The notes under the pieces: model-generated | Databases searched by the model: none | What the model was told of the DNA's origin: nothing | What the model saw: the letters and a program-made list of their open reading frames with translations, nothing else | Made by a program: the position numbers and the translations under genes | Part shown: positions 38,617 to 52,022 of the stretch, piece after piece | Numbering within the stretch: position 1 is the stretch's first letter | Layout: each line of letters begins with the position of its first letter | Assembly (NCBI RefSeq): GCF_002105155.1 | Contig: NW_019028988.1 | Span: 1 to 64,000 of the forward strand | Origin: Lobosporangium transversale | Taxonomy: Eukaryota | Direction of reading: 5' to 3' | DNA: 64,000 bases

Positions 38617-39127
38617 AAAGCATCTTTTATTTTTTTTCTTTCTTTCTCCAGCATAATATCCTCTTTATTTTTTTTCTTTACTTCTACTGTATTTCATATC
38701 ATATGGTTGCACCATGCAAACATCGCCATCATCATCATGTACTTAATGCATCTCTATGTAAGCTCACTCGTTTTTCATCACTATTAACACCAAGCGAAAA
38801 AAAGGCACTTTTTGTTAAGCATGCAATGGGTTAAATGAAAGATTTTTTTAAGAAAAAGTGCGTGAGTTTAGGCAGGTTCCTCAACTCGTAATGTTTCAAT
38901 GCTTTCATTTTTTCCTTGTAATGCATGGCGATCTTTGTGTTGAATAGTTAAAAAATAAAAAGAACAATTGAAATAAATAAAGCAGTTGAATGTTGTGCAG
39001 GGACAAGAAAAAAAAAAATCATTTGTCTTCAATTGTCACACGCTTCTCAAAACAAAGTGAACTTCATTCACTTCATGCATCTCATTCTTGCTCATTCATA
39101 CTCGTCCATTTTATTCTTTCATACATC

Positions 39128-40763
39128 ATGTCAGCCCATAACAACAATAACAACAACACCAACAACAATAGAGCTCATAATGATGATATTAAAGGCAATC
39201 CATCGCAGAATAGTTTTATCACCGACCAAGAATTAGAGCAGAGACTTATCAAGCTTAAGAAGAAGACCCCTACTACAGATGTTCCTATCAGGCATGTTTT
39301 TGCTGTGCTATACTCTATGCTATGTTATGCCATCCTATGCCATGCATCAGTTTCTTACACGTTGAATAACGTGATCCTTATCTCTTTTTTCCCCCCTTTC
39401 TTTCCTTCTATCTTTCTTTCTTTCTTTGATTGCAGTGACCATGAATTGACTACACAGTTTTCAAAGGTCTTTGGCCACTCTCCTGCTGTGACCAATCTGA
39501 GCTCATCGTTACTCGACCCTCATCCACAAGAGAATCAAAGGAAGGATACACTGATACCCACATTTAACTTGTTACAACAACCGATAGAAGGACGTCCTGG
39601 AGCACAGAGATCCCAGTCATCGTCATATCTCATCCCCGCTACTTCAGATCAGGAAGAGGTAATCATGGTGCATTATCCGTATCTTAAATCTAATCTTATT
39701 TTTCAGCCTCTAATAGACCCTTATGTTTATTTTTCTTTATTTTATTATTTTCTAAAGATTGACAGGATCTTGGCAGACTCACAAGACCTTCTCGTCAACA
39801 AAACAGGATTGGAGGGAAATGATGATGATGACCTTGATTTCTTGGACGATATTGATACACTCCAACCAGCTCAGACAAAGGAGCTTCGTGCAGCATTTGC
39901 TCAAAACGGGGATGTCGCTAAAGATTTAGAAAAGACCTTGTCCAAGTTCATGCAGACACATCGACCTTTAATGGCAGCTGACCCTTCTCAAGACTATAAG
40001 GCAATAGCAACAACATCGACGTCAGCATCAGTATCAAAGCCATCAGCAACGCATACAGGAGTATCAGATGAGTTGCTGTTTGGAGTAAAAGGAGGAATGG
40101 GAGGAGAAACACAACAGGAAAAAGCCTTTGGAGATCATTTGGATAGGTTGATGTCAAGTAACATTAAGGAAGGAGATAGTATTGGAAATAGATACAATGA
40201 GGACGATGATGAAGCACTCAAGTTGATCACCCAGGCCAGGGAAGCTGCACAACTGGAATCCAAGTATGGAAATCTAGAGGAGGCACGGTTGAAGGGACTC
40301 ATTAGTAGACATCATGAATTGAAAAAGGACATACAGAACTTGTCTTCTACCCGGCCACAAAAGCCAACCAGTCAAACTAGTCAAAAAGGCGATAGAATGA
40401 CAGGTCTGGGTCCACCACCTGCAGCGATTGATTTGGATGAACTACGGTTTGGAGGTGGAGGTGATGACGAAAACCCCGAAAACTGGTGCTGTAAGTCTAT
40501 TTTTATTTTATTTTGGGCCTTTTCTTCCTTTTTCCTTGTTCACTTGAAAATGCTTATTGACATTTCTGTTTCTTTTATTCATTCTTTGTCTTTTTTCTTC
40601 AGGCATATGCAATGATGATGCAAAGTGGACATGTCTGGGCTGTGATAATGACAAGTATTGTGATCAATGTTTCCGAGAGAGTCATGTTGGACCAGATGCA
40701 GACTGGGAAATGAAAAAGCATCGGCCTAGCCCCTTTGCCAAGGCTTCTGGCAACCCAATTTGA
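39128..40763 (+). CDS. Protein with a C-terminal ZFYVE19/ANCHR-type B-box zinc finger, 4 exons
   Basis: The spliced C-terminus is [30 protein letters not shown]...MKKH. Introns at 39292-39435 (GC donor), 39659-39757 and 40491-40602. Confidence 0.7.
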
Positions 40764-40946
40764 TAGGCTTCTTCATGATTCCTTTGGAAAATACACATCT
40801 TCCTACATTTGGTTCTCTAAGGCTTTAATATGATTACAGGGTATCTATGAAGTTAAATTATTGAAAAAAAAAAAAAAAAAAAAAAAAAGTATGAACGTGC
40901 CACTGTGCACGCAAATATGCTAGAGTGCGGTGCGTACATTCAATGA

Positions 40947-43116
40947 TTAGCGGTCAACAATATCACTGCCATCTTGAATTTGATTGTCGATGTGTAAGCT
41001 GATCATTTCCTGTATAGTCTGGTTTTCAACCTGTTCCATCGACTGAAGGACTTGAATGCCTGTCAGCTTTCCTTTCTGATGTTCACTACTGTTTAAATGT
41101 CGCCTTAACAGATCTTCTCGATGATAGCGCCTATGACAGCCAGGTATAACGCATGCAAAGGGTAGTTTTACTTGTGCATCCTCTTCTGTGAACCCGAAGA
41201 GCTCATCTAATGCTGTCGCTTGGATTGCATCACTCCTTTTTTTCCTCATCAGGGAAGGACTTGTATGCTTTCTGTTAATGTGCTTATTGAGGACATGTTT
41301 ATATCCAAACTCCTTTCCACAACCTTCAAATTCGCATCGGAACTTGGGTGCATTAAGATCCTTCTCATGTGTAGTTTTAATATGACTCGTAAGCGTCCAT
41401 GCCTAAGGAAAATAAAATAGTAAATACGCATCAATTCAGTGGACGTTCTGGTAAAATATATATATATAGGGATATATTTGGTCACCGTACAGTTGAAAAG
41501 ATTTTACTGCATCCCTCAAATGTGCAAGGGATAACGGGTCGATTAGGATCATGGGTTTTCATATGAGAGCGCATATTTGTTTTCAATACGACAGTGCCAC
41601 AGACGGAGCAGGGCATTGACTTGTGATACATCTTGTTATGTTTCTGTAAAAGCGACCACTTTGAAAAAACGCTGTTACACTCTGGATAACCGCATCCATA
41701 CCGTCGAGTATCTTATTGGTGGTCAAACGAAAAAAAAAAAAAAAATTAAATTAAATTGTGGTAAATTCCCAAATAAACTTTATGGAGCTTTCACAATCTC
41801 TTACCATTATGGACGAGTTGATGTTTCTGAAGCTTGCTTGGAGTCTGGAAACTCATCTGACATCCTTCATGCAAACATGGATATGGTTTTCGCCCTTCAT
41901 GGTCCGTACAAACGTGGGCACTCAGTTTCTTATGTTTTTTGAAACGCATTTGACATCCGTCCCATGTACATGCGTACGGTTTTTCTTTTTTTATTTCCTC
42001 CGCAACCTTCATTAACGTCTCTGGGTCCAATGATGCCTCTCGCCTGTATCCACGTTTAGCACCACTCTTTATATTCAGATCCTCGTTATCTGAATTAATT
42101 GAAGAAACCAATGTTGGTAAGCTGGAAGAAGATCGGGATCTACGTAGTTCCGGCATTGGTGTTAGTGCCGATGATGATGTCTCTGATGGCGGCGTCTCTG
42201 ATGGCGGCGTCTCTGATGATAATGATTGAACTGGTGATGAAGGAGTCGATAAAAAAGCTGTACAAATCTCAATGCTGGACAGACTTGCGAGTTCGTTATG
42301 CGTCTTGACATGTCGTGCAAGTTTATCCTTTGTGTAATAGCTTTTAGTGCACCCTGGATTTATACATTGAAATTCCCGTATCGATCCATGACTTTTAACA
42401 TGAACCGCAAGATGATCTTCTCTCCTGAATGCGGCATTACATCCTGTATAAAGACATCTATAAGGTCGCTGTAGCCAAATGAAGAAGATTAGCAAGCAGT
42501 GGAGAAAAATAAAGGCGAATAAATAGCATAAGCCCAATTTTCAATTGACAAGACAACTTACTTCATCCGTATGTGAACGCTCATGTGCAGCTAACCGCGA
42601 CGGCTTGGTATATTTTTTCCCACACCCAGAGTAAAGGCAGATATATTGCTTTGCCTTGGATGAAGATGACATTTTTGAAGAAATGGACGATCGGTGACTT
42701 GTGACTTCATGCACCGGTTCTTGATCTGATATGGTTACTTTTTCATCTTCGTTTTGTATTTGAATACTAGTTTCGTTATCGGGATTTCTACGCTTAAATG
42801 AATGGTGTTCTGAAGTAATAGTGGTCGTGGTGGAGACAATTGTTGTCTTACCATCATAATTATCATCATTCACTAGAGAATTATATTGAGAAAGCTTGTT
42901 GGTCGATAAAGGCGTCAAGCTAGTGGCTGTTGTGGATACTGCATCTACTGTTTCTTTTACAAGGTTGTCATTGTTGTTTTCTGGTACAATTTTACGTTTC
43001 TTCTTAACGGGATTATAGCTATCAATGTCAATGTCAATAGTGTCGATGTCTGTGCCACTGCTGATTGATCGATGTGAGATGCTTAGATCTAACTCTGAAC
43101 TACTGCTGCTGCTCAT
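40947..43116 (-). CDS. Multi-C2H2 zinc-finger protein, TFIIIA (Pzf1/Sfc2)-like, 4 exons
   Basis: Ten Cx2-4C...H..H fingers after splicing, e.g. CLYSGCGKKYTKPSRLAAHERSH, CTWDGC..HVCTDH, CLHEGCQMSFQTPSKLQKH, CGYPECNSVFSKWSLLQKH and a separated last finger CVIPGC..HLNSSEH, as in fungal TFIIIA. Confidence 0.75.
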
Positions 43117-44394
43117 GGTCAATTGCTATAAAGATGAGCAGATCCGTCCTCACTGTTATTGTTATATTTTGGCTACTGTTGTTGGTTTGGATGTTTAGGG
43201 TACTGAATTACAATAGAGGCAATAAATAGACAAGAATGGGTGATGCTGAAGCGACTACATTGGATGGCAGCAAGAGAATAAAAATGTGTAGGAATAGATC
43301 CTTCTCTTGTTTAGTCAATTTCTTCAACGAGTGACTGCTGGTAATAATATTTTTGGGCGAAGTTGCATGTTTGTTTTCTTACACTGTTGCAATTGTATAC
43401 AATCCTATCTCTGCTGTCTAATAGTCATGATTTGGAATGAAGAGTTTCGAGTAGACTGTGAAGCGGACCGAAAAGCGGGGACAATTGAGTACACTGTTTA
43501 CTTGCGTGAGCATAGGAATGTAAACCCTTCTCTTTTCTTATGGCGAAAATAAAATCTACGCCCAATTCCCCAGTTGAGCATTAAAAAAAAAAAAAAGCAG
43601 GCCCGTTCTTGTTCATCAAACTTATTTGTAAGAGTTCAACTATGCAGGGATAGAATATACATTTATACATATAAAAAAAGGCCCAGGTCAACCAAAATGA
43701 TCCAGATCTTGGAGAACCAAAAAGTAAGGATTGCACTTTGTTAGCTTCAATTTAATCCCAGTCCAAAATATTTCAAGACAAGCAGATGCTCAGAAGTTGT
43801 CTTGAAGGCCAAGGGGCCAAGAAAGAAACGGCCATAAAATTTAAATCTTGTTTCTAATGCAAGACTATAACATGGATCGCCTGTGAAAAAGCATTGACGC
43901 CATGTGAGAAATGAAAAGAAACTGCATGATTGAGTTTTTGTTTGTTTATTTATTTGTTTGCTCTACCCTCTGACTCCGAGGTGGATGTCGGGCCATGGCG
44001 GGGACGAGGACAGGAAAACATGAAGAGCTTCCTCTCTCTTTTTTTTGTCCCTCTTGAACTAATCCCACTCCATCTGCCTCTACGTCTCTACTCTGCATGC
44101 TTATCTGTTTATTAGTCGATTTGTTTGTGTCACAGTTATCCTCACTCTGAAGGTACAATGTGTTAACTTGTAAAATACATTCTTGTCTCATCATTGAGAT
44201 CGAGAAGGAATGTGGAATGGCGTCGAATGGGGGGATCAGCTTGACTGACAAGCCCTCTTTGGTTCCAAATTCATAGCACTTGAAAAACTTATTTGCTGAC
44301 TGATATCCTGTGTCTTATTTCTGTACTCAATTCACTACTCCTTGCAGTCTAATCAACAAGCATAATTTGCACGACAATCGTTCCGTATTTAACC

Positions 44395-46448
44395 ATGCCG
44401 TCTCTCGATCGCTCCGAAACAGATAGTTTATATTGTAACCCGACCGAAGATGGTGAATCCATCATGTCATCTTCAGGAGGTGCACCTTCTATCAAATCAA
44501 CAAGCTCTCCCTCTGCAACCTCATCCCTCAGATCTGGATCTCAGTCGATAAAATCTAAAACCGCGTCAACCAAATCCAAATCCTCGTCTTACGCATCTGT
44601 ACCTAAATCACCTCAATGGAAAGCAGCAGTCGATCCTCTAGGGATGTCCTCCAAAGCAGTAGGATTCATGCCCATGTTTAGCACACATCTCTATGCTCCT
44701 GGATTCCAGACTGCTGTTTCTACCAGTGCAACAAATGCAAATGAACCCAAGGCATATCAATCAAAACAACTTACGTTTGTTGAAAAGAAAAAAAGCTTTT
44801 CTTCTTCTTCTTCTTCAACTAAATCAAATAACCCTGGGAAATCTGAGAAGACTAAAACAGCGCCATCCAATAACTCTGTCAAATCACTAAATTCCTTAAC
44901 CAAATCCACATTTTCCCCGGCCTTTGCAAGTAGCCTCAGTACACAGGATGAACATTTGTCAAACTTTCCTGACAAAAGGACTGTGGAAGAAACTAAGTCA
45001 TTAAGCTCAAATAGCAGAGGTGGTGATGAGGAAATCAAGGAGGAGATAGTAATATCGAGAAATAGCAAGGAAATAGAAGGGACAGAAGCATTAGCAACAA
45101 CAGCAACAACGGCCGTGATAATTTCAGCAACAGAAACTGTAATGAACAATGATATCGATAGTGCGTATGGCGATTCGGATGACATGACGTTTGTGAACAG
45201 CAGTACAGAGGTCGCTGTCCTGATGGAGGCTCAATCTTTACCGGACGCCTCTATTCATCCGTTTGATAAGACAGTGGTGACAACTAATACCAGCAGCGAC
45301 GTGGTGGAAAGTATCAACAATCAAAATATTCTTTGTAAGCTTTCAACGGTAGAATCAACCACTCAGTTGCGGTCACCACCAATATCAATATCAACATCAG
45401 CACCACGGCCAACTCATACGCCTAATGAATTGATATTGAAACGAATGACCTCATGGGAGTACATAGGACGTGTCTACCATGGAAAAATGGCTTACTACAA
45501 CACTATCTTGTTGACAGAAGCAGATCTTCGCAAGTTTTATACGCCAGAAGTTGTTCATAAAAGGTTTGTGAAAGGAAAAAAAAAAAAAAAAAAAAAAAAT
45601 GCATGTATGCATAGTTACAAGAAGCTAACTTTTTTTTGGGGGGGGGACAGGACGCAGCAATACTTCATGTTGGGAACGTCCATTGCCAATATACTGGAAA
45701 TACCCCATCTTCCTGACTTTGTAAAATCGCTCTCTGCAGTTTTACAAGAGTTTGAGCATTTTCAATCATCAGAAACAAAGTCTAAGATGGTAAGGCTGCT
45801 TCTTTTTTTAAAAAAAAATCAGTTTATGCTTAAAAAAGTTCTTGCATAATTGCTGCTTGGTTGATTTAACATACCATTGATACTATTTTATTTTGCAGAG
45901 CTTTTTAAAAAACGGGTGGAGAGTGCATGATGGGAAGTTCTTTGAAGAAACTAGCGAATACACACATTTCGAGACCAGATCCTTGGTAATTTTTTTAACG
46001 AGTCTCTATATTATAAAATGTGTAATGCACAGTATCTCGACTAAAAAAAAATTTTTATTGTCAATTTTAACTAGCCATTTGAAATGGACTATATTGTTAT
46101 CTTCGCGACACTCTGCGAGATGATTGCCCAAGCTTACAAAAAGTTTGATACCTACAAGGCGAATATCATAATGGAATCAGATATGTTCCATAAAATCGAT
46201 ATTCGGTTCAAGGTAGGTGAATCATACACGCCTATTAAAAAAGAATAATAACAATAATACAAAGTGAAAACTGCAGCAACAGGAAAGTAACTTTTTTTTT
46301 TTTGGCGATTTAGAAAATCCTAAGTACCACAACGAGAGAACTCGACAATCTGGCACGTGAAACGATGCAGGAAGAGCTTTATTCAATAGATCCAATTGCT
46401 GGATTAACGATAGACTGGAATCAACAAGTACTTTCTATTGGCAACTAA
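44395..46448 (+). CDS. Hypothetical protein (Ser/Thr-rich N-terminus, helical-looking C-terminal domain), multi-exon
   Basis: Long ORF plus GT-AG-joined exons giving ...KRMTSWEYIGRVYHGKMAYYNTILL...YFMLGTSIANILE...PFEMDYIVIFATLCEMIAQAYKKF...KIDIRFKK...SIGN*. Confidence 0.7.
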
Positions 46449-46543
46449 ATAAACATGGTTCATGCAGTTTTCCATCATCAGGGCACATGTATAAGAGCTT
46501 AACTTGATCTTTAGTTTTGTTATTACAGGTTACTTTACTATTA

Positions 46544-46573
<30 letters not shown>

Positions 46574-46579
<6 letters not shown>

Positions 46580-47583
46580 GCCATCGTCACTCTCGTCAGC
46601 CAAGAAGGTGTCATCATCGACATATGCATCAGCTCCAAACCCTTCGATATCAAAGGATTCTGGGCGATTTACATTATCGAAATCAATGGCTGCCACTCTT
46701 GGATTGGCAATTAGTGAGTTCCTATTATTATTGTTATAATTATTATTATTATTATTTGAAAGGAGCGGAAAATGCAATCAGAACACATTGTATAGATTCA
46801 AGCAAAAAAATAAAATAAAATTTGATCCGTTAACTGAAGTACAAATATAGAAATATGTACAATACATACTTCCTAATCATAATGAAGAGCCGCCAGAATT
46901 GCACCACGTTTCGAAGGATCAAAAAGACAGTATCAAGCACTTTCTCGGCTTCATGTCCTGATCCACAACCTTGAAGGATTAAAATCAATGTAATGAAGCA
47001 AAAGATCACCAAGATAATATCTAGAATGTTGGATGATGACCTCCAATATGTCTTTTTTTTTGAAGTTTTTTTTTTAGCATCCCTTTATCTCGTTTTTTTA
47101 ACTTTCATTGAACACATCCAACAAACAGCCAAACAAAAAGAAAAGAAGTATATATTCTTACCCTGCCGAGCGCTGTTAGTCGCAAGGCGACCTCTGCAAT
47201 CATAGTGCCATTGATGATGGACTCTAAAACGATAAACAGCGCCGAGCTAGAGCAACCCTGCTGAATGGAGAGGAATATGGACCAGATACTGAGGATGGCC
47301 ATGACCAGATATAGGACCATGTAGAATTTAGAGTAGATGATCCTGTTGGCCAAATTCTGAAAAATCTCACGTCTCGACAGACTATGATGACTCCTCATCG
47401 CTGGCACTGCGTTTGGCTGTTCGCTAAAACGTAATTTGGAAAAAAAAAAAAAAAAAAAAAAAGAAATAGGTAAGGTGGCTGTGTCCAACAATATTATCTT
47501 TTTTTTTTCACAAACAAACTTGTTAAACGCAAGCCGAAAAGATGCTCTATATATTACCCAAGTATAGTGTATGCACTATCCAT
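46574..47583 (-). CDS. Small four-TM voltage-sensor-like (Ion_trans S1-S4 only) membrane protein, 4 exons
   Basis: Spliced product: MDSAYTILGEQPNAVPAMRSHH...ANRIIYSKFYMVLYLVMAILS...LESIINGTMIAEVALRLTALGR-TYWRSSSNILDIILVIF...DTVFLILRNVVQFWRLFIMIR..., ending in the acidic tail DDDTFLADESDDGL*. Confidence 0.7.
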
Positions 47584-47663
47584 TAGGCCTTCTTCACGTT
47601 TATAAAATTATCCTTGTAGTCAATGCTGCCAATAAGCAGTAGAAGTGGACGTGCAAGAAGACG

Positions 47664-47730
47664 AAGAAGAGGAAGAGGAAGAGGAAGAGGAAGAGGAAGA
47701 GGAAGAGGAAGAGGAAGAGGAAGAGGAAGA
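47664..47730. repeat. (GAAGAG)n hexanucleotide microsatellite
   Basis: About 11 near-perfect copies just upstream of the voltage-sensor-like gene. Confidence 0.85.
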
Positions 47731-48969
47731 ATGTTGATGAAATGAATGGGGTAACATGCAAATATTGCAAAAAAAAAAAAAAAAAAAAAAAAGGGGGATA
47801 GTATAAAGTGAAAGTGATAATGAAAGTGTGCGAATGAATATGGAAATGCAAGAAAGTCGAAGAATGAAAGTGAAATTGTGTGGAGATGCCTGAAAGCGTT
47901 TCAAGGGCACTTCTCTAACACTTTTTGTTTATACATCCAGGAAGATGCGTGCGACACTAAAAAAAATTGATGCATTAATGCTTCATGCACGTGTAAGATT
48001 AGATGATGGCTTTAATGTTTATTAATTTATCCCTAATTGATGACTTTAAACGGAACTGAAAGGCTTGCCTCATTATTTCCTTGGCATTCCCATTGGTATT
48101 GGCAACTAGAATCGAATCCGACATCACGCACGCGTCTTTTCATCACCATGATCGTGCATATCTTATATTAAAAGAGAGAATACTAAGACTTGCCTGATGA
48201 GCCCTCTTATTTGCTTTCACAGACGAGCAACGTCGGTATCCAAGAGGCGACATGTCGATGAATTTACAGTGCCATCAAAGGGAAATGGCCTTGCTTAGGA
48301 GTTCTGTCAAAATTCTAAAAAGTGAGAGGAGAGACTAAGGGTGTAAAAAAACGCGCTTTACAATTGTGTGCATACGCATGCTAAATGTTTTGCCGGAAGG
48401 AAGGAGTAAAGGAATCTGTAATACATCTGTTACACGCAATGAATCGTATTTAACCAATCTTATTTGGAACAAATTCAGTTACCCGTATCATGGTGCCTGT
48501 GTGCTTGACTGCAACCAATTAAGCATGCGAATGCGTATTCTTCGTCATTCATGTTTGTTCTCCAAAAAAGACATTGATCCTCTTTTTTTTCTTTTCTTTT
48601 TATTCATCGCCCCTCTTTCTCCTGTCAAATCCCCTTTCTTCTTGCAAAGAAATCCATTCGTTCATCATTGTTCATCCGTTGTTGATCAGAGCATCCCCTC
48701 TCCGCTCCTTATTTTTTTTCTTTTCAGGCCACTCATACTCCCTTCCTTTCAATTCCACTCTTGTTTCTCCTTCAACTCACTTTAGCTGAGCTCCTCAATA
48801 TCCACAAGAAAATACTTTTACTTCATTAACACATTAACAACAGCTCTTCATTGCAAATACTAAACCTCCAAAGCCAGTCAGTACCGACTCTGAATAGCTC
48901 GGTGAGTCTGACTTCTCTTTCCGCCCACACCTTCGACCTCAGACTAAACAAGTCGCATCCTTCACCTCC

Positions 48970-49594
48970 ATGTCCTCATATGCCTCATCTGATAGCAATG
49001 TTAATGATGGGGACCAAAATCAAGCCCTTTCAACAGCAACAAAAACAACAGGAACATTACCTCAATTGACACAAGGTGCTTTTACTGCAACAATCACTGC
49101 TACTACTGCTACTGCAACCACTACAGCAACAGCCACTCTTTTTCCTCGTCCTCGCCCATCTTCACCTTCAACAAAAGCCCATAGACCGGCTGGAAAGGCC
49201 CATGATTGGTATTCAGGAGGGGTGGTCACTTCTCATGGCCGCTGGTTTAGGGATGCACAGAACAGGACGTTACTCTTGCGAGGAGTCAACATGTGTGCTA
49301 ACTCAAAACTCCCAACTACACCCAATGGCAGCTCTCATTTGAATGAAGGCTTCTTCGATCACCGTAATGTTTGCTTTTTGGGCCGTCCATTTCCTCGGGA
49401 TCAAGCAGACGAGCACTTTTCAAGGCTGCAACGATGGGGCCTGACGTTTGTACGTCTGCTGGTTCCATGGGAGGCATTAGAGCACTCTGGACCGTACGTA
49501 TTTTTTTTAGTTATCCACTTTGATATAGATATCGAAGAGCGTTCAGCAACGAAAATGATGAGCGATGAGGTCAATGACCCTTCACTTCAAATTG

Positions 49595-49639
<45 letters not shown>

Positions 49640-52022
49640 GCTCACGTCTGTCGTGTGCTTAGTCAGTTGGGGACCTTATGTTCGGCACGATACCTTCCTC
49701 GTGTTCTTGTGAGCTTGATACATTTGATGAAAATGTCTTGTTTGACCCCACAAGGAGCTAATTGATATCTCTTTTTTTTTTTTTTTTTTTTTTTTTTGTT
49801 ACGACCGATCCTGATCATTTTAGAGGGATTTATGATGAAAAATTTATCGACTCCTTGATCGAGCTCATCGAACTTATGCCAAAGTATGGGATCAAGTGCT
49901 TTATCGATCCACATCAAGATTGCTGGTCTCGGTTTTCGGGCGGGTCAGGCGCACCGGGGTGGACATTTGAAGCGGCTGGACTCGATATTACAAAGTTTAA
50001 GACGACAGGAGCGGCCTATGTCCACAATACTAATCAATACCCAGGCGACTCACCACCTATGGTCTGGCCTACCAACTATACTAAACTTGCTGCAAGCACC
50101 ATGTTTACTCTCTTCTGGGCTGGAGACACCTTTGCACCTCAAAAGACGTATCAAGGAGAGACAATCCAGCAATTCTTACAGAATCGATACATTGCATGCT
50201 ATCAACATCTTGCAAGGTAACAAATAGACAATAAGATTGGCTTACGGTGTATTATGGCGTCATAGAAATGACGATGCTTACTTTTATTTCACAACCTTAA
50301 TACTCCTGCTTAGGCGTTTGAACCATCTCGATGCGGTTATAGGTTATGAAGTAATGAATGAACCACAGTAAGTTAAAGATGCTTTCCTGTCCTGTGCTGA
50401 GACAGATATATTTGTCAAATCATATCGAAACTCACTCATTGCTTCTCACTCTCTTATAACATAGTCCCGGATACGTTGGCCTTAAAAACCTCAAGCGGTA
50501 TGACTTTCGTACTAACCTGTTCTTTGGTGACTTTCCATCGGCGCTTGAGGCGATGGCGCTGGGTGATGGTATGACACTACCAATTGAGGTTTGGGTCAAA
50601 TCATGGCCATATCCAACGAAGAAAGAAAAAACCAGGATTGTCAATGCGGAAAAGGAGTCTGCATGGCTTGATGGCAAATGCTTGTGGAGACAACATGGTG
50701 TTTGGAGTGTGAACCCAAAGACAGGCACGGCACAGCTAGACAAACCAGATTATTTCACAAAGGACCCTTCAACTGGCGAAAAAATCGACTTTTCAAGGTT
50801 CTACCTTGATTTCGTTAATAAATACTCAAAGGCCATACAGAGCGTGACCCCCTCGGCGTTCGTCTTCGTTGGACCCATCCCCAACGAGCCTCCACCAGTG
50901 TGGGGGGCAGGAGATCATGAGGAGAACATCGTTTATGCTCCTCACTGGTACGATCTGCACTCAATCTTCAACAAGACATTTGATGGCCGCGTTACGCATG
51001 ATGTTCAGAGTCTCAGCAGAGTATGTTTGTTACTCTGCACTCTTTATATCCTTCTCTGCTCAGCTGCAAATCTAGGTTGAAAATAGCATATTTAGCTTAT
51101 ATATTAACTTTTTTTTTCTTTTTAGGGCAAGAACGTATTCTCTGCTACATATTTCGGGATCAAAGGAGCTAAGAGAAATTATCGTGGCCAGCTTGCCAAT
51201 GTGCTCAAATTGGGACTGCAGAATGTGGGAATAAAGCCATGTCTCATTGGAGAATGTGGTATCCCTATGGATATCAACCAGCGAGCAGCGTTCATGAGTG
51301 GAGACTATGGACACCACTCCAAATTTCTGGATGCCATTTTGTCTGCTCTGGAATCAAACCTCCTAAGTTTCACGTAAGCTCGATTAGGCAACTAAATCTA
51401 CATGGGCCCTGAGTATAGTGTACATAGTGGTTCTTAGCCATTTCTTGTATTGTAGATTTTACTTGACTGATTTTTTTTTCTCTAATGATAATCAGCCTTT
51501 GGAATTACAACGCCACCAACGACAATACTTATGGCGATCATTGGAACGGCGAAGATTTCTCCATTTTTTCACTAGATTCGCCCCAGTCATCGACTCCTCG
51601 CCTCTCTAGCGCAGGATCACCTTCCTCCTCAAAGACATCGCTTAGGCAACAGGCTCCAAACTTTGCAAAGGAAGTGATGCGGAGAGCGGCAGCTCAGAAC
51701 GGCTCTGGCGAGCTACCGACCATAACAAACGGTAATGCCGTTGGCAGTGGGAACGATAACTCTACCGACAACGAAGACAGCGACACAATAGAGGACGAAC
51801 TCTACACCGAAAGAGACGACGGACTAGAAACGATCATGGACTCCCCATTTGATCGATCCTATTTTTCGTTTGACCATGAGGAATCAGACCATGGACCTTA
51901 TCATGAGGGACACCTTGGGGGTCGCGCACTAGATGCTATTGTGGTATGTTCATACAACTTCTATTGCCCAAACTCTTAAGGATTGACTAACAAGGCAAGT
52001 ATGTATCATTTAATCTGACTTT

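Noticed and set aside
47620..47910. Poly-Ser and (FL)n ORFs
   Set aside because: These are translations of the (GAAGAG)n microsatellite.
49660..49756. Possible intronic H/ACA or C/D snoRNA in the long GH5 intron
   Set aside because: Only isolated box-like words were found; I could not establish a two-hairpin fold or an rRNA guide.
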